A stretch of 32,000 nucleotides of DNA from Akkermansia muciniphila ATCC BAA-835. Its GTDB lineage: Bacteria; Verrucomicrobiota; Verrucomicrobiia; Verrucomicrobiales; Akkermansiaceae. Shown here piece by piece: positions 24,937-32,000 of the stretch. The stretch is taken from the NCBI RefSeq assembly GCF_000020225.1, contig NC_010655.1, positions 90,001 to 122,000 of the forward strand. The letters run 5' to 3'. The notes beneath the pieces were generated by a model. The model was not told the DNA's origin. It saw nothing but the letters and a program-made list of their open reading frames with translations, and did no database searches. Within the stretch, counting starts at the first letter, position 1. Each line of letters starts with the position of its first letter. The translations under genes and the position numbers were made by a program.

Positions 24937-26889
24937 ATGCCAGACTCTCCCCCCAGCACCTCCCCCGCTCCGCGCATTGCTGAAACTGCCGCCGGGAAAA
25001 TTCTGGCGGGCCTCCTGGCCCTTTTTTACATCTTCCTGGCAACGACGGCGGCAGGCGGGGAATGGCACACCCTTTTCCTTCCCGCCTGCTTTCTGGCGGC
25101 AGCCCTCCTGCTGTTCTGCTTCTGTATTCTCCGGGGATACAAGATTCCCAGCCCCGGACTGCCGGGCTGGCTGGCCCTGGGCCTGGGAGGCGGCTATTTC
25201 CTTGTCCGGGCATGGTTTTCCCCCTGGTTTTATTATGAGAGCGTAGCGGATCTGGGCCTTATCGCCACGGCCATCGTCATGTTCGCGGCGGGAACGTATG
25301 CCGGAGCCGGAAACGGGGAAAAGAGCATTCTTCCCGTACTGGCTGCGGCATTGGGGCTGCTGAATGCCCTGCTGTGGGGGTATCAGAACATAACGGGAAC
25401 GGAAGCCTCCTGGTTCAGACCGGATTATTCCCTGTTCGGCACGGAAATCCGCAATATCGGATTGTTCGGATACAAAAATTTTTCCGCCCATTTCCTGTCC
25501 GTCACCGGTTTTTTCCTTTGCGCATACAGCATGGCTTCCGCCAGAAAATGGGGCATCCGCCTGTTCACGGGATTGGCGCTCATCCTCGTTTCCTTCACGT
25601 GCGGCTCGCGGTCCGCCTTCCCAAACGCCCTGGCTGGCGTAACCCTGTGCTTCTTTATTTATACCTCCAGCGTTTTCCGCAATAACAGAAAATTTTACAC
25701 GGCGTCCATCCTCTTTATTATCCTGCTTTTCCTGGGCACGTCCTATGCCGTGCTGGATTTGTCCCGGGGGGCGGGCAGGCTTGCCGCCCTTCTGGATACG
25801 TTTTCCTTCGGCAACCGGCTGGACCTGTCCAAACTGGCCTGGGCGCTGGCGGACCAGGCTCCGCTGTTCGGTCACGGCAGCCGGATGTACACCAATCTTT
25901 CCACGGAGTTTTTCTCCGGAGCCAACCTCCCCAATTTTGCCCACCACGAATACGCACAAGCCGCCTGCGACTACGGCTATGCCGGGCTGGGGCTGATGCT
26001 AGCTCTGCTGGCCCTGTTTCTTATTTTCGGACTCCGGAGCGTTCTGAAATTGTCAGGAGAACATCAACGGCCCAATCCTCTGGGACCGGCGGCGTTCTGC
26101 GTATTGTGCATCGCCGCTTTCCACGCCTATGGGGAATTCATCTGGCATAACCCTGCCTTGCTTGGAGCCAGCGCCCTATGCGGCGGCATTACCTGCACGG
26201 CCCCTCTTTCCAGGGTGAAGGCTTCGCGCCAAGCCGGCCGCTGGCTTCAAGCGACCGCCGCACTGCTGATGGCCATATTGGCGCTGTGTTATGCGTTTCT
26301 GGCTTTTCCGGTCTGGAAAAACTCCCTTCAAGCCGTCCCGGCTTCCTCCGGCAACCGGCTGCCCATGCTGGAAGCGGCCGCCTCCTGCAGCCTGGACCCG
26401 GATTTGGTGCGGCGCAACATTCTGCATGCCGCAGGCAGTTCTCCCCCCCCAAACCCGGCCCGGCTCAAAGCATTGGAGCATCAGGAAGAAAAAGCGGAAT
26501 TACTGAGCCCCGGAAACCACGGCCTGACGGCGGCTAAAAGCCTCCTTTACATCCTGCAGGGACGCCTCACGGAAGCGGAGCAACTGCTCCGCCCATACGT
26601 AGAGAGTCCCGGCAGGTTTGATGACCGAATGTTCGCCTGGACTACCATTTACAATAATATGCTGTATTCCTGGAGTACGGCCATTGCTGCCCAGTCCCCC
26701 GGACGCGCCCTGTCCATGGCCATGACGGCCCAGCGCCTGATGTCCGCCCAAACGGACCGGTGGCTGTATTATGGGGCCCTGGATCCCGAAGTCAGGAAAA
26801 AACACTACTCGCGCCTCAATGAGCTCAAGATGCTCATCATGATGCTTCAGGCCCGCGGAACGACGCCCGACCCTTCCTGGAGGAAATAG
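24937..26889 (+). CDS. O-antigen ligase (Wzy_C)-like polytopic membrane protein with a C-terminal soluble helical (TPR-like) extension
   Basis: Many TM segments. A FGHGSRMY...FAHHEYAQAACDYGYAGLGL loop is typical of the O-antigen ligase/polymerase family. About 200 aa of helical tail follow. Confidence 0.75.
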   Translation: MPDSPPSTSPAPRIAETAAGKILAGLLALFYIFLATTAAGGEWHTLFLPACFLAAALLLFCFCILRGYKIPSPGLPGWLALGLGGGYFLVRAWFSPWFYYESVADLGLIATAIVMFAAGTYAGAGNGEKSILPVLAAALGLLNALLWGYQNITGTEASWFRPDYSLFGTEIRNIGLFGYKNFSAHFLSVTGFFLCAYSMASARKWGIRLFTGLALILVSFTCGSRSAFPNALAGVTLCFFIYTSSVFRNNRKFYTASILFIILLFLGTSYAVLDLSRGAGRLAALLDTFSFGNRLDLSKLAWALADQAPLFGHGSRMYTNLSTEFFSGANLPNFAHHEYAQAACDYGYAGLGLMLALLALFLIFGLRSVLKLSGEHQRPNPLGPAAFCVLCIAAFHAYGEFIWHNPALLGASALCGGITCTAPLSRVKASRQAGRWLQATAALLMAILALCYAFLAFPVWKNSLQAVPASSGNRLPMLEAAASCSLDPDLVRRNILHAAGSSPPPNPARLKALEHQEEKAELLSPGNHGLTAAKSLLYILQGRLTEAEQLLRPYVESPGRFDDRMFAWTTIYNNMLYSWSTAIAAQSPGRALSMAMTAQRLMSAQTDRWLYYGALDPEVRKKHYSRLNELKMLIMMLQARGTTPDPSWRK

Positions 26890-27285
26890 TATTCCGGAGA
26901 ATCGGGAAAAAGGAATATGTGCAGCAGCCGTTATATCCTTTTTCCAGAGAAGCCGCTCCATACAGAAGTTTCCCCGTCTTATCCGGTTTCTTTTTTACCG
27001 GATTCCACGTCAGCTTATTTGTCCACGGAACACAGAGCGTACTGCAGCCAGAAAGATGAAAAGCCGACAGTTGGCGCAGCAAGTCCGCACAGGCGTTACG
27101 CCGGAATTTTAAGCGGATTCAGCTATCTTCCGCCGGAAGCGGCAGCCTCTCCGGAACAGAATCGTTTGTTTCTTTTTCCCCCAATCGCGGACTGCCCCGG
27201 TTGGCGGTCCCGTAAAACGCATGTCCCGACGCAGCTCAACAGAAAAAAACTTTCCCGGCTCTATTCCTTTATCGAATCTTTTTGT

Positions 27286-27642
27286 ATGAACATAACCATC
27301 AAACGAATTTATGACCCCAAGGAACCCGGGGACGGATACCGCGTCCTGGTGGACCGGCTCTGGCCCCGCGGCATTTCCAAGGAAAAAGCTTCCTGGGACG
27401 AGTGGCTGAAGAACATAGCTCCATCCACGGCGCTCCGCCAGTGGTTTGCTCATGATCCAGTCAGATGGGACGCATTCCGCAAAAAGTACGACGAGGAACT
27501 GGATGGAAACGGAGAAGCCGTTTCCCATCTGCTCCGGCTGGCGCGGAAAGGGAAGGTTACGCTGCTGTACTCCGCCAGAAATACGGAGCACAACGAAGCT
27601 GCGGCTCTGAGGGATTACCTTTTGCAACGGTTTGCTTCATAA
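27286..27642 (+). CDS. DUF488 (YeaO-like) family protein
   Basis: MNITIKRIYDPKEPGDGYRVLVDRLWPRGISKEKA..WLKNIAPSTALRQWF is the typical DUF488 signature. The long upstream ORF extension was rejected. Confidence 0.8.
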   Translation: MNITIKRIYDPKEPGDGYRVLVDRLWPRGISKEKASWDEWLKNIAPSTALRQWFAHDPVRWDAFRKKYDEELDGNGEAVSHLLRLARKGKVTLLYSARNTEHNEAAALRDYLLQRFAS

Positions 27643-27770
27643 ATAGAAGCATATTCCTGCACAAACTCCATCCGCAAGCCCCAAATGCTGTCACGGGAAC
27701 CTATGATACGGCAGGATTTCTTCTCTCGTTCATGAACAAGCGAAGAAAATGGAAAGGAGGTGAATACAAT

Positions 27771-27926
27771 ATGGCCAGCAGTTCCCACATGGGTGGAAGT
27801 CATAAGGGCAGTTCCAAAAAACGCTCCGAGACTACCACAAGCAAAACCGGGCGGCGCATCAAACGCGATGCTTCAACCGGGCAGTTTATGAGCGATAAAA
27901 GCTCAGGCTCCAAGGAAAAACATTAA
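27771..27926 (+). CDS. Small basic Ser/Lys-rich protein (51 aa), likely disordered
   Basis: AGGAGG lies 8 nt upstream of the ATG, and a strong hairpin/T-run terminator lies immediately downstream. Sequence: MASSSHMGGSHKGSSKKRSETTTSKTGRRIKRDASTGQFMSDKSSGSKEKH. Confidence 0.6.
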   Translation: MASSSHMGGSHKGSSKKRSETTTSKTGRRIKRDASTGQFMSDKSSGSKEKH

Positions 27927-27952
27927 TGCCCGCGAGTTTTTCGCCTGATTCA

Positions 27953-27986
27953 GGCTCCGGATCCGGTCCGGAGCCTTTTTATTTTT
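27953..27986 (+). terminator. Rho-independent terminator; its T-run overlaps the convergent hemC stop
   Basis: GGCTCCGG (27953-27960) pairs with CCGGAGCC (27968-27975), followed by TTTTTATTTTT. Confidence 0.7.
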
Positions 27987-28956
27987 CTCCGCATCCGGAA
28001 CACGAGGAAGTCTTCCGCCATCCACTCAGGCCCAATTCTTCAAAAGCCCGAAGGCCCAGCGCTTCAGGGGCTTTCCGGTCTCCGCGAATCACAACGGCAA
28101 AAGGCTCTTCCCTGCCCGGAACGTAATACGCAGCCCGCAGAACCAGTTCCTCTCCATCCGGATGGGCGTAAACACCCACGGGCGTGGAACAGTTCGCACC
28201 CAGACGTACCAGGAAAGCCCGTTCCGCCAGCGCACAGGCAAAAGACTCCGGATCATTGATGCCTTCCAGCATTTCCGCCGTCTCCCTGTCCGAGGAACGG
28301 CATTCCATTCCAACGATGCCCTGCCCCACAGCAGGAATAAAAACTTCCACCGGCAAGGGACGCATGTAAAGTTTTCTTCCTTCCACAAGGGTTTCCGGCG
28401 CGTACAGCCCCAGGCGTTCCAAACCGGCCCTGGCCAGAATCACGGCATCCCAGCCGGGATGTTCCACCAGCTTTCCCAAACGCGTAGGCACATTCCCCCG
28501 CAGGTTTTCAAACCGCAGGCCGGAACCCCAGTACGTGCGCGCCATCAGGCGTCGGCGCACGCTTCCGGTAGCCAGCGTTCCAGAACCGTTCCAGTCCGGT
28601 TCTTTCGTGATAAGCACATCCTCCACGGCAGCACGGGGCAAGACGGCGGCCAGCGTGAAGCCGGCTGCAAGCTCGCTCGGCACATCTTTGAGGCTGTGCA
28701 CCGCTACGTCAATGCGGCCATCCCGGAGGGCGGTCTCCAGTTCCTTAATGAAGATCCCCTTGTCCACCATGCCGGAAACGCGGGCCACATCCGCCAGAGG
28801 AACATCCGTGCGGCGGTCCCCAATAGTATGGATGATTTCACAGCGCACGTCCAGTTCCGGATAACGGAGGGAAAGGGCAGCACGGACCATATCCGCCTGG
28901 GCCAGGGCCAGGGCGCTCCCGCGGGTGCCGATGATGAGGGTATTTTTACTGGTCAT
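27979..28956 (-). CDS. hemC: Hydroxymethylbilane synthase (porphobilinogen deaminase)
   Basis: MTSKNTLIIGTRGSALALAQA..., RGNVPTRL, and a C-terminal domain containing Cys. The start overlaps the hemA stop by 11 nt. Confidence 0.92.
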   Translation of the reverse strand: MTSKNTLIIGTRGSALALAQADMVRAALSLRYPELDVRCEIIHTIGDRRTDVPLADVARVSGMVDKGIFIKELETALRDGRIDVAVHSLKDVPSELAAGFTLAAVLPRAAVEDVLITKEPDWNGSGTLATGSVRRRLMARTYWGSGLRFENLRGNVPTRLGKLVEHPGWDAVILARAGLERLGLYAPETLVEGRKLYMRPLPVEVFIPAVGQGIVGMECRSSDRETAEMLEGINDPESFACALAERAFLVRLGANCSTPVGVYAHPDGEELVLRAAYYVPGREEPFAVVIRGDRKAPEALGLRAFEELGLSGWRKTSSCSGCGEK

Positions 28957-29968
28957 AAAGAGCGGAATCCGGAAAATATCTGGAGATGCTGTCCCGGATG
29001 ATGGCCTCGCACCGGGAAACCTCCTGCTTCCGGCTGCGCTTGGCTTCATCCGCCAGCTGGGTGAGGGTATCAATATCGTAGAGATACACTTCGTCAATAT
29101 CCGCCACGTCTGGAGAAATGTTGCGCGGCACGGAAATATCAATCAAAAAGAGGGAGCGGTATTTACGGGAGGCACGCAAAGGCAGAAGCGTTTCCCGGGT
29201 GATGATGCAGTGGGGAGCAGCGGTGGCGGCCACCACCACGTCAATATCCCTGAGATAGTTCCCCCACACGTCATACCGGATGGCCTGGCCGCCGATCATG
29301 CCCGCCAGCTCTACCGCACGGTCAAAGGAGCGGTTGGCCACATAAATGCCCTCAGCACCCCGGGCATGAAGGGCGCGCCCCGTAACGCGGCTCATCTCGC
29401 CCGCCCCCAGAATAAGGACGCGGGTGCCGGAAAGATCCCCGAAAATTTGTTCCGCCAGCTCTACTGCCACGGATCCCACGGAGGTTGCCCCGGCATGAAT
29501 CTGGCTTTCCGTCCGCACTTTTTTACCGATAGTAAAGGCTTTCTGAAAGGTTTTGTTGGCGCAGGCCGCAGTTACTCCGGCATCCAGGGCCGTCTGGTAA
29601 GCCGTTTTTACCTGTCCGAAGATTTCCGTTTCCCCCAGCACCATGGAATCCAGGCCGCTCAGCACGCGGCACAGATGGCCTAGAGCATCTTCTCCCTGAT
29701 GGCTGTAAAAATAAGAAGCCATATCCAGTTCCCCACGCCCATCACCCAGAAAATGGGATAAAATGTGCTCCTGCGCATTTTCCGGAGCGTTGGACCAATA
29801 ATAAATTTCCATGCGGTTGCAGGTGGAAAGCACAACGCACTGGTCCACTCCAGGAAGGGAACGGATGCGCTGTCCTTCCTCCCGGAGTTTATGGGACGGC
29901 ACGGCAAACCGCTCCCGTATTTCCACGGGAGCGGTCCGGTGATTCAAGCCTAAACAAACCATTCTCAT
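28946..29968 (-). CDS. hemA: Glutamyl-tRNA reductase
   Basis: MRMVCLGLNHRTAPVEIRE..VLSTCNRMEIY plus the NAD motif ILGAGEMS. The start shares 1 nt with the upstream stop (TGATG). Confidence 0.92.
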   Translation of the reverse strand: MRMVCLGLNHRTAPVEIRERFAVPSHKLREEGQRIRSLPGVDQCVVLSTCNRMEIYYWSNAPENAQEHILSHFLGDGRGELDMASYFYSHQGEDALGHLCRVLSGLDSMVLGETEIFGQVKTAYQTALDAGVTAACANKTFQKAFTIGKKVRTESQIHAGATSVGSVAVELAEQIFGDLSGTRVLILGAGEMSRVTGRALHARGAEGIYVANRSFDRAVELAGMIGGQAIRYDVWGNYLRDIDVVVAATAAPHCIITRETLLPLRASRKYRSLFLIDISVPRNISPDVADIDEVYLYDIDTLTQLADEAKRSRKQEVSRCEAIIRDSISRYFPDSALYDQ

Positions 29969-30726
29969 CAACTTACCAGGAAAATGCTCATGGATGCAAT
30001 AAAGAGGGCCACGCAGCAGCAGGCCAACATCCTTCCCGGAATGCCGCGGCGGTAGATGAACCACAGCAGGACGCTGTAGCCTGCCGTGAGAAGAATGACA
30101 ATGGAGGTCTTGGCCGCATTAATGGGGAGATTCCCCCGCCACCCAAGCCATTCCCCAAGCAGAAGAAGGAGGAATGCCACAAGAACCAGGCGCTTCATGC
30201 TGGCTTCCAGTGTACGGATGGGAGGAAGCACACGGCAGGTACCGGGAATTCGGTGTCTTTTAAGACATTCATTCTGCATGCAGAACGCCGCCCCCGCGGC
30301 AGCGGCCAGGCCGCCGGCTCCGTAGGACATCATGGCTATGCCCACATGTGCCGTCACCCAGAAGTCATGCGTGCCCTGCACGTCCGCTCCGGAACGGCCT
30401 ATCAGCAGGGAAAAAACCGTCAGCACGGCAATAGCCGGAGCCGTAAAGATGCCAAGCACGGACATTCGGTAAGCACGTCCCAGCATCAGATAAAAGAGAT
30501 TGATGCTCCAGGAGAGGAAGAAGAGCACCTCTGAAGCGCCGCGGATGGGACACATTCCCGTCTGGTACGCTTTGACGCATAGCGCCCCTGTCTGGAGAAC
30601 AAAGAGGCACGCCATCCAAAGATGGGCATATAAAAACCGCCGACCGGAAGCCAGCAGGCGCCATCCCAGCCCTGTGAAAGCCAGGGAGAGGATGAGAGAG
30701 GCAATGGCCCACCAGTTATCGTTCAT
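29968..30726 (-). CDS. Cytochrome c assembly family membrane protein (CcsA/HemX-like)
   Basis: A 252-aa polytopic membrane protein directly coupled to hemA, as is usual for HemX/CcsA-family genes in heme operons. Confidence 0.7.
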   Translation of the reverse strand: MNDNWWAIASLILSLAFTGLGWRLLASGRRFLYAHLWMACLFVLQTGALCVKAYQTGMCPIRGASEVLFFLSWSINLFYLMLGRAYRMSVLGIFTAPAIAVLTVFSLLIGRSGADVQGTHDFWVTAHVGIAMMSYGAGGLAAAAGAAFCMQNECLKRHRIPGTCRVLPPIRTLEASMKRLVLVAFLLLLLGEWLGWRGNLPINAAKTSIVILLTAGYSVLLWFIYRRGIPGRMLACCCVALFIASMSIFLVS

Positions 30727-30746
30727 AAATCCGGCCCGGAAATGGT

Positions 30747-31541
30747 TCAGGAACGCAAATCGCGCTCAATGACGGCGTATGCCTGGTGGTTATGGATGGA
30801 TTCAAAATTTTCCGCTTCCACCCGGTACCAGCTGAAGGCGGAATGACTCTGCGTTTTCAACGCCACGTTGCGCACCAGATCTTCCACAAAGACAGGGTTT
30901 TCATAAGCCTTTTCCGTCACCCATTTTTCATCCGGCCTTTTCAGCACGCTGAACAGGGAGCAGCTCGCGCAGGATTCCACCAGGTCAATCAGGTCTTCAA
31001 TCCAGACGGGCCTGGAGGCAAAACGCACGGAATAAGTAACCAGCCCGCGCTGGTTGTGGGCTCCGTAGGCACTCATGGCCTTGGAGCAGGGGCAGAGCGT
31101 CGTCACGGGAACGATAACTGTCAGCTTGAAATCAGCCAGTTTGTTGTTCGCTTCCGCCTCCATCTCAAACCGGACAACGTAATCCATGAGCCCTTCAATT
31201 CCGGTCACAGGAGCGTTTTTGGAGCGGAAAAACGGGAATTCCATTTCCACATGGGAACGGCGGGCGGACAGACGGCGGAGCAGTTCCCGCGGAATGGCCA
31301 GGGCCGTATGCACATCCAGCAAAGGGCCATGCTGGTGCAACGCCTCCACAAAACGGCTCATATGGGTGCCCTTGAATTCTTCCGGCAGATCCACCGCCAG
31401 AGAAACCGTCGCCACAGTGGACTGGATGCGGTTGAGCTTGTCCTGTATCTGGATGGGGAAGCGCAACCCTTTTACGCCCACCCGGTCAATGGAAATATTG
31501 CGCGTATCCGCCTCGGACTGGGTATCTTTCAGTTCCTGCAT
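30747..31541 (-). CDS. folE2: GTP cyclohydrolase FolE2 (type IB)
   Basis: ISIDRVGVKGLRFPI, GTHMSRF and TLCPCSK motifs, with a length of 264 aa. Confidence 0.88.
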   Translation of the reverse strand: MQELKDTQSEADTRNISIDRVGVKGLRFPIQIQDKLNRIQSTVATVSLAVDLPEEFKGTHMSRFVEALHQHGPLLDVHTALAIPRELLRRLSARRSHVEMEFPFFRSKNAPVTGIEGLMDYVVRFEMEAEANNKLADFKLTVIVPVTTLCPCSKAMSAYGAHNQRGLVTYSVRFASRPVWIEDLIDLVESCASCSLFSVLKRPDEKWVTEKAYENPVFVEDLVRNVALKTQSHSAFSWYRVEAENFESIHNHQAYAVIERDLRS

Positions 31542-31563
31542 GGGGAAAAAGGATGATGGGTGG

Positions 31564-31605
31564 AAATAAAGCGGGAGTCTGCCCTGTTACCGGACAAACT
31601 CCCGC
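31564..31605 (-). terminator. Rho-independent terminator after rpsR
   Basis: GCGGGAGT (31571-31578) pairs with ACTCCCGC (31598-31605). On the minus strand it is followed by TTTATTT. Confidence 0.65.
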
Positions 31606-31648
31606 CTGCAAAGACAATTCTACCGAAAGAGATTTTCCTTGGGGCTTG

Positions 31649-31894
31649 TTACGGCAGAAGGTTGATGGAACGGGCCCGCTTGATTTCACGGGTTACCTTG
31701 CGGTGCATCTTGGCGGACAGCCCGGTCACACGGCGGGGAAGAATCTTGCCGGTTTCAGAGGTGAACTTGGACAGAAAATCAGGATTGAGCAGATTGACCT
31801 GATCCATCGGGATGTCGAGACGGCGGCGCGGCATCTGGCGATTGCACGTGCGGAAACGAATACGGCGTTCTACAGTCTTGGGTTCAGTGGACAT
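31649..31894 (-). CDS. rpsR: 30S ribosomal protein S18
   Basis: ...[47 protein letters not shown] is canonical S18. Start set at MSTEPK. Confidence 0.92.
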   Translation of the reverse strand: MSTEPKTVERRIRFRTCNRQMPRRRLDIPMDQVNLLNPDFLSKFTSETGKILPRRVTGLSAKMHRKVTREIKRARSINLLP

Positions 31895-31925
31895 AATAAT
31901 AAAGATAATCGATAAGCCGAACCAG

Positions 31926-32000
31926 TTAACGCATTTCACGATGAAGCGTGCGGCGCTTCAGGAAAGGATTGTACTTAATCTTTTCCAGGCGGCCGGGAGT
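31926..32000 (-). CDS. 3' end of an unidentified gene upstream of rpsR (the rest lies outside the window)
   Basis: Open frame from the window edge: ..[24 protein letters not shown], ending in TAA at 31926-31928. Synteny would suggest rpsF or ssb, but I cannot confirm that from 24 residues. Confidence 0.3.
   Translation of the reverse strand, partial: TPGRLEKIKYNPFLKRRTLHREMR

Overview
This is a 32-kb chromosomal segment from a moderately GC-rich bacterium. Three traits suggest a PVC-superphylum / Verrucomicrobiota (Akkermansia-like) genome, though that is inference only: eukaryote-like Ser/Thr kinases fused to PEGA+FGE-sulfatase or Sel1 modules, frequent ATGA stop/start overlaps, and many starts without a Shine-Dalgarno site. 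Most of the window is ordinary housekeeping. On the plus strand: yqeY-ispD-SDR, trpS, usp, ymdB, tcdA, tRNA-Leu, a NUDIX hydrolase, kbl, an orphan parA flanked by two membrane Ser/Thr kinases, tRNA-Cys, tRNA-Glu, thiS, mutL, an O-antigen-ligase-like protein and a DUF488 protein. On the minus strand: a pfkB-family kinase, a folE2 / hemX-like / hemA / hemC operon, and rpsR. The exception is an A+T-rich islet of about 3.4 kb (roughly 18.7-22.1 kb) between a core lipoprotein gene and the tRNA-Cys promoter. It holds one self-contained minus-strand operon that I cannot assign to any named family. The first gene encodes a 547-aa Cys-rich protein with no signal peptide, a PA14-like N-terminus, a central HEEHH motif and a C-terminal beta-sandwich-like module. 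It is translationally coupled (ATGA) to an exported 179-aa protein. Next comes a decayed fragment of a second copy of the large gene, fused by deletion to a diverged paralogue of the exported protein. The pattern of effector-like gene, tandem exported paralogues and gene fossil resembles an effector/inhibitor (immunity) cassette array, and it is the best candidate here for an undescribed system. Secondary oddities are a tRNA-Leu that reads as anticodon AAG, a MutL whose C-terminal endonuclease metal-binding motifs look degenerate, an ORF-poor 850-bp gap upstream of kbl, and a 51-aa basic protein with its own strong RBS and terminator.
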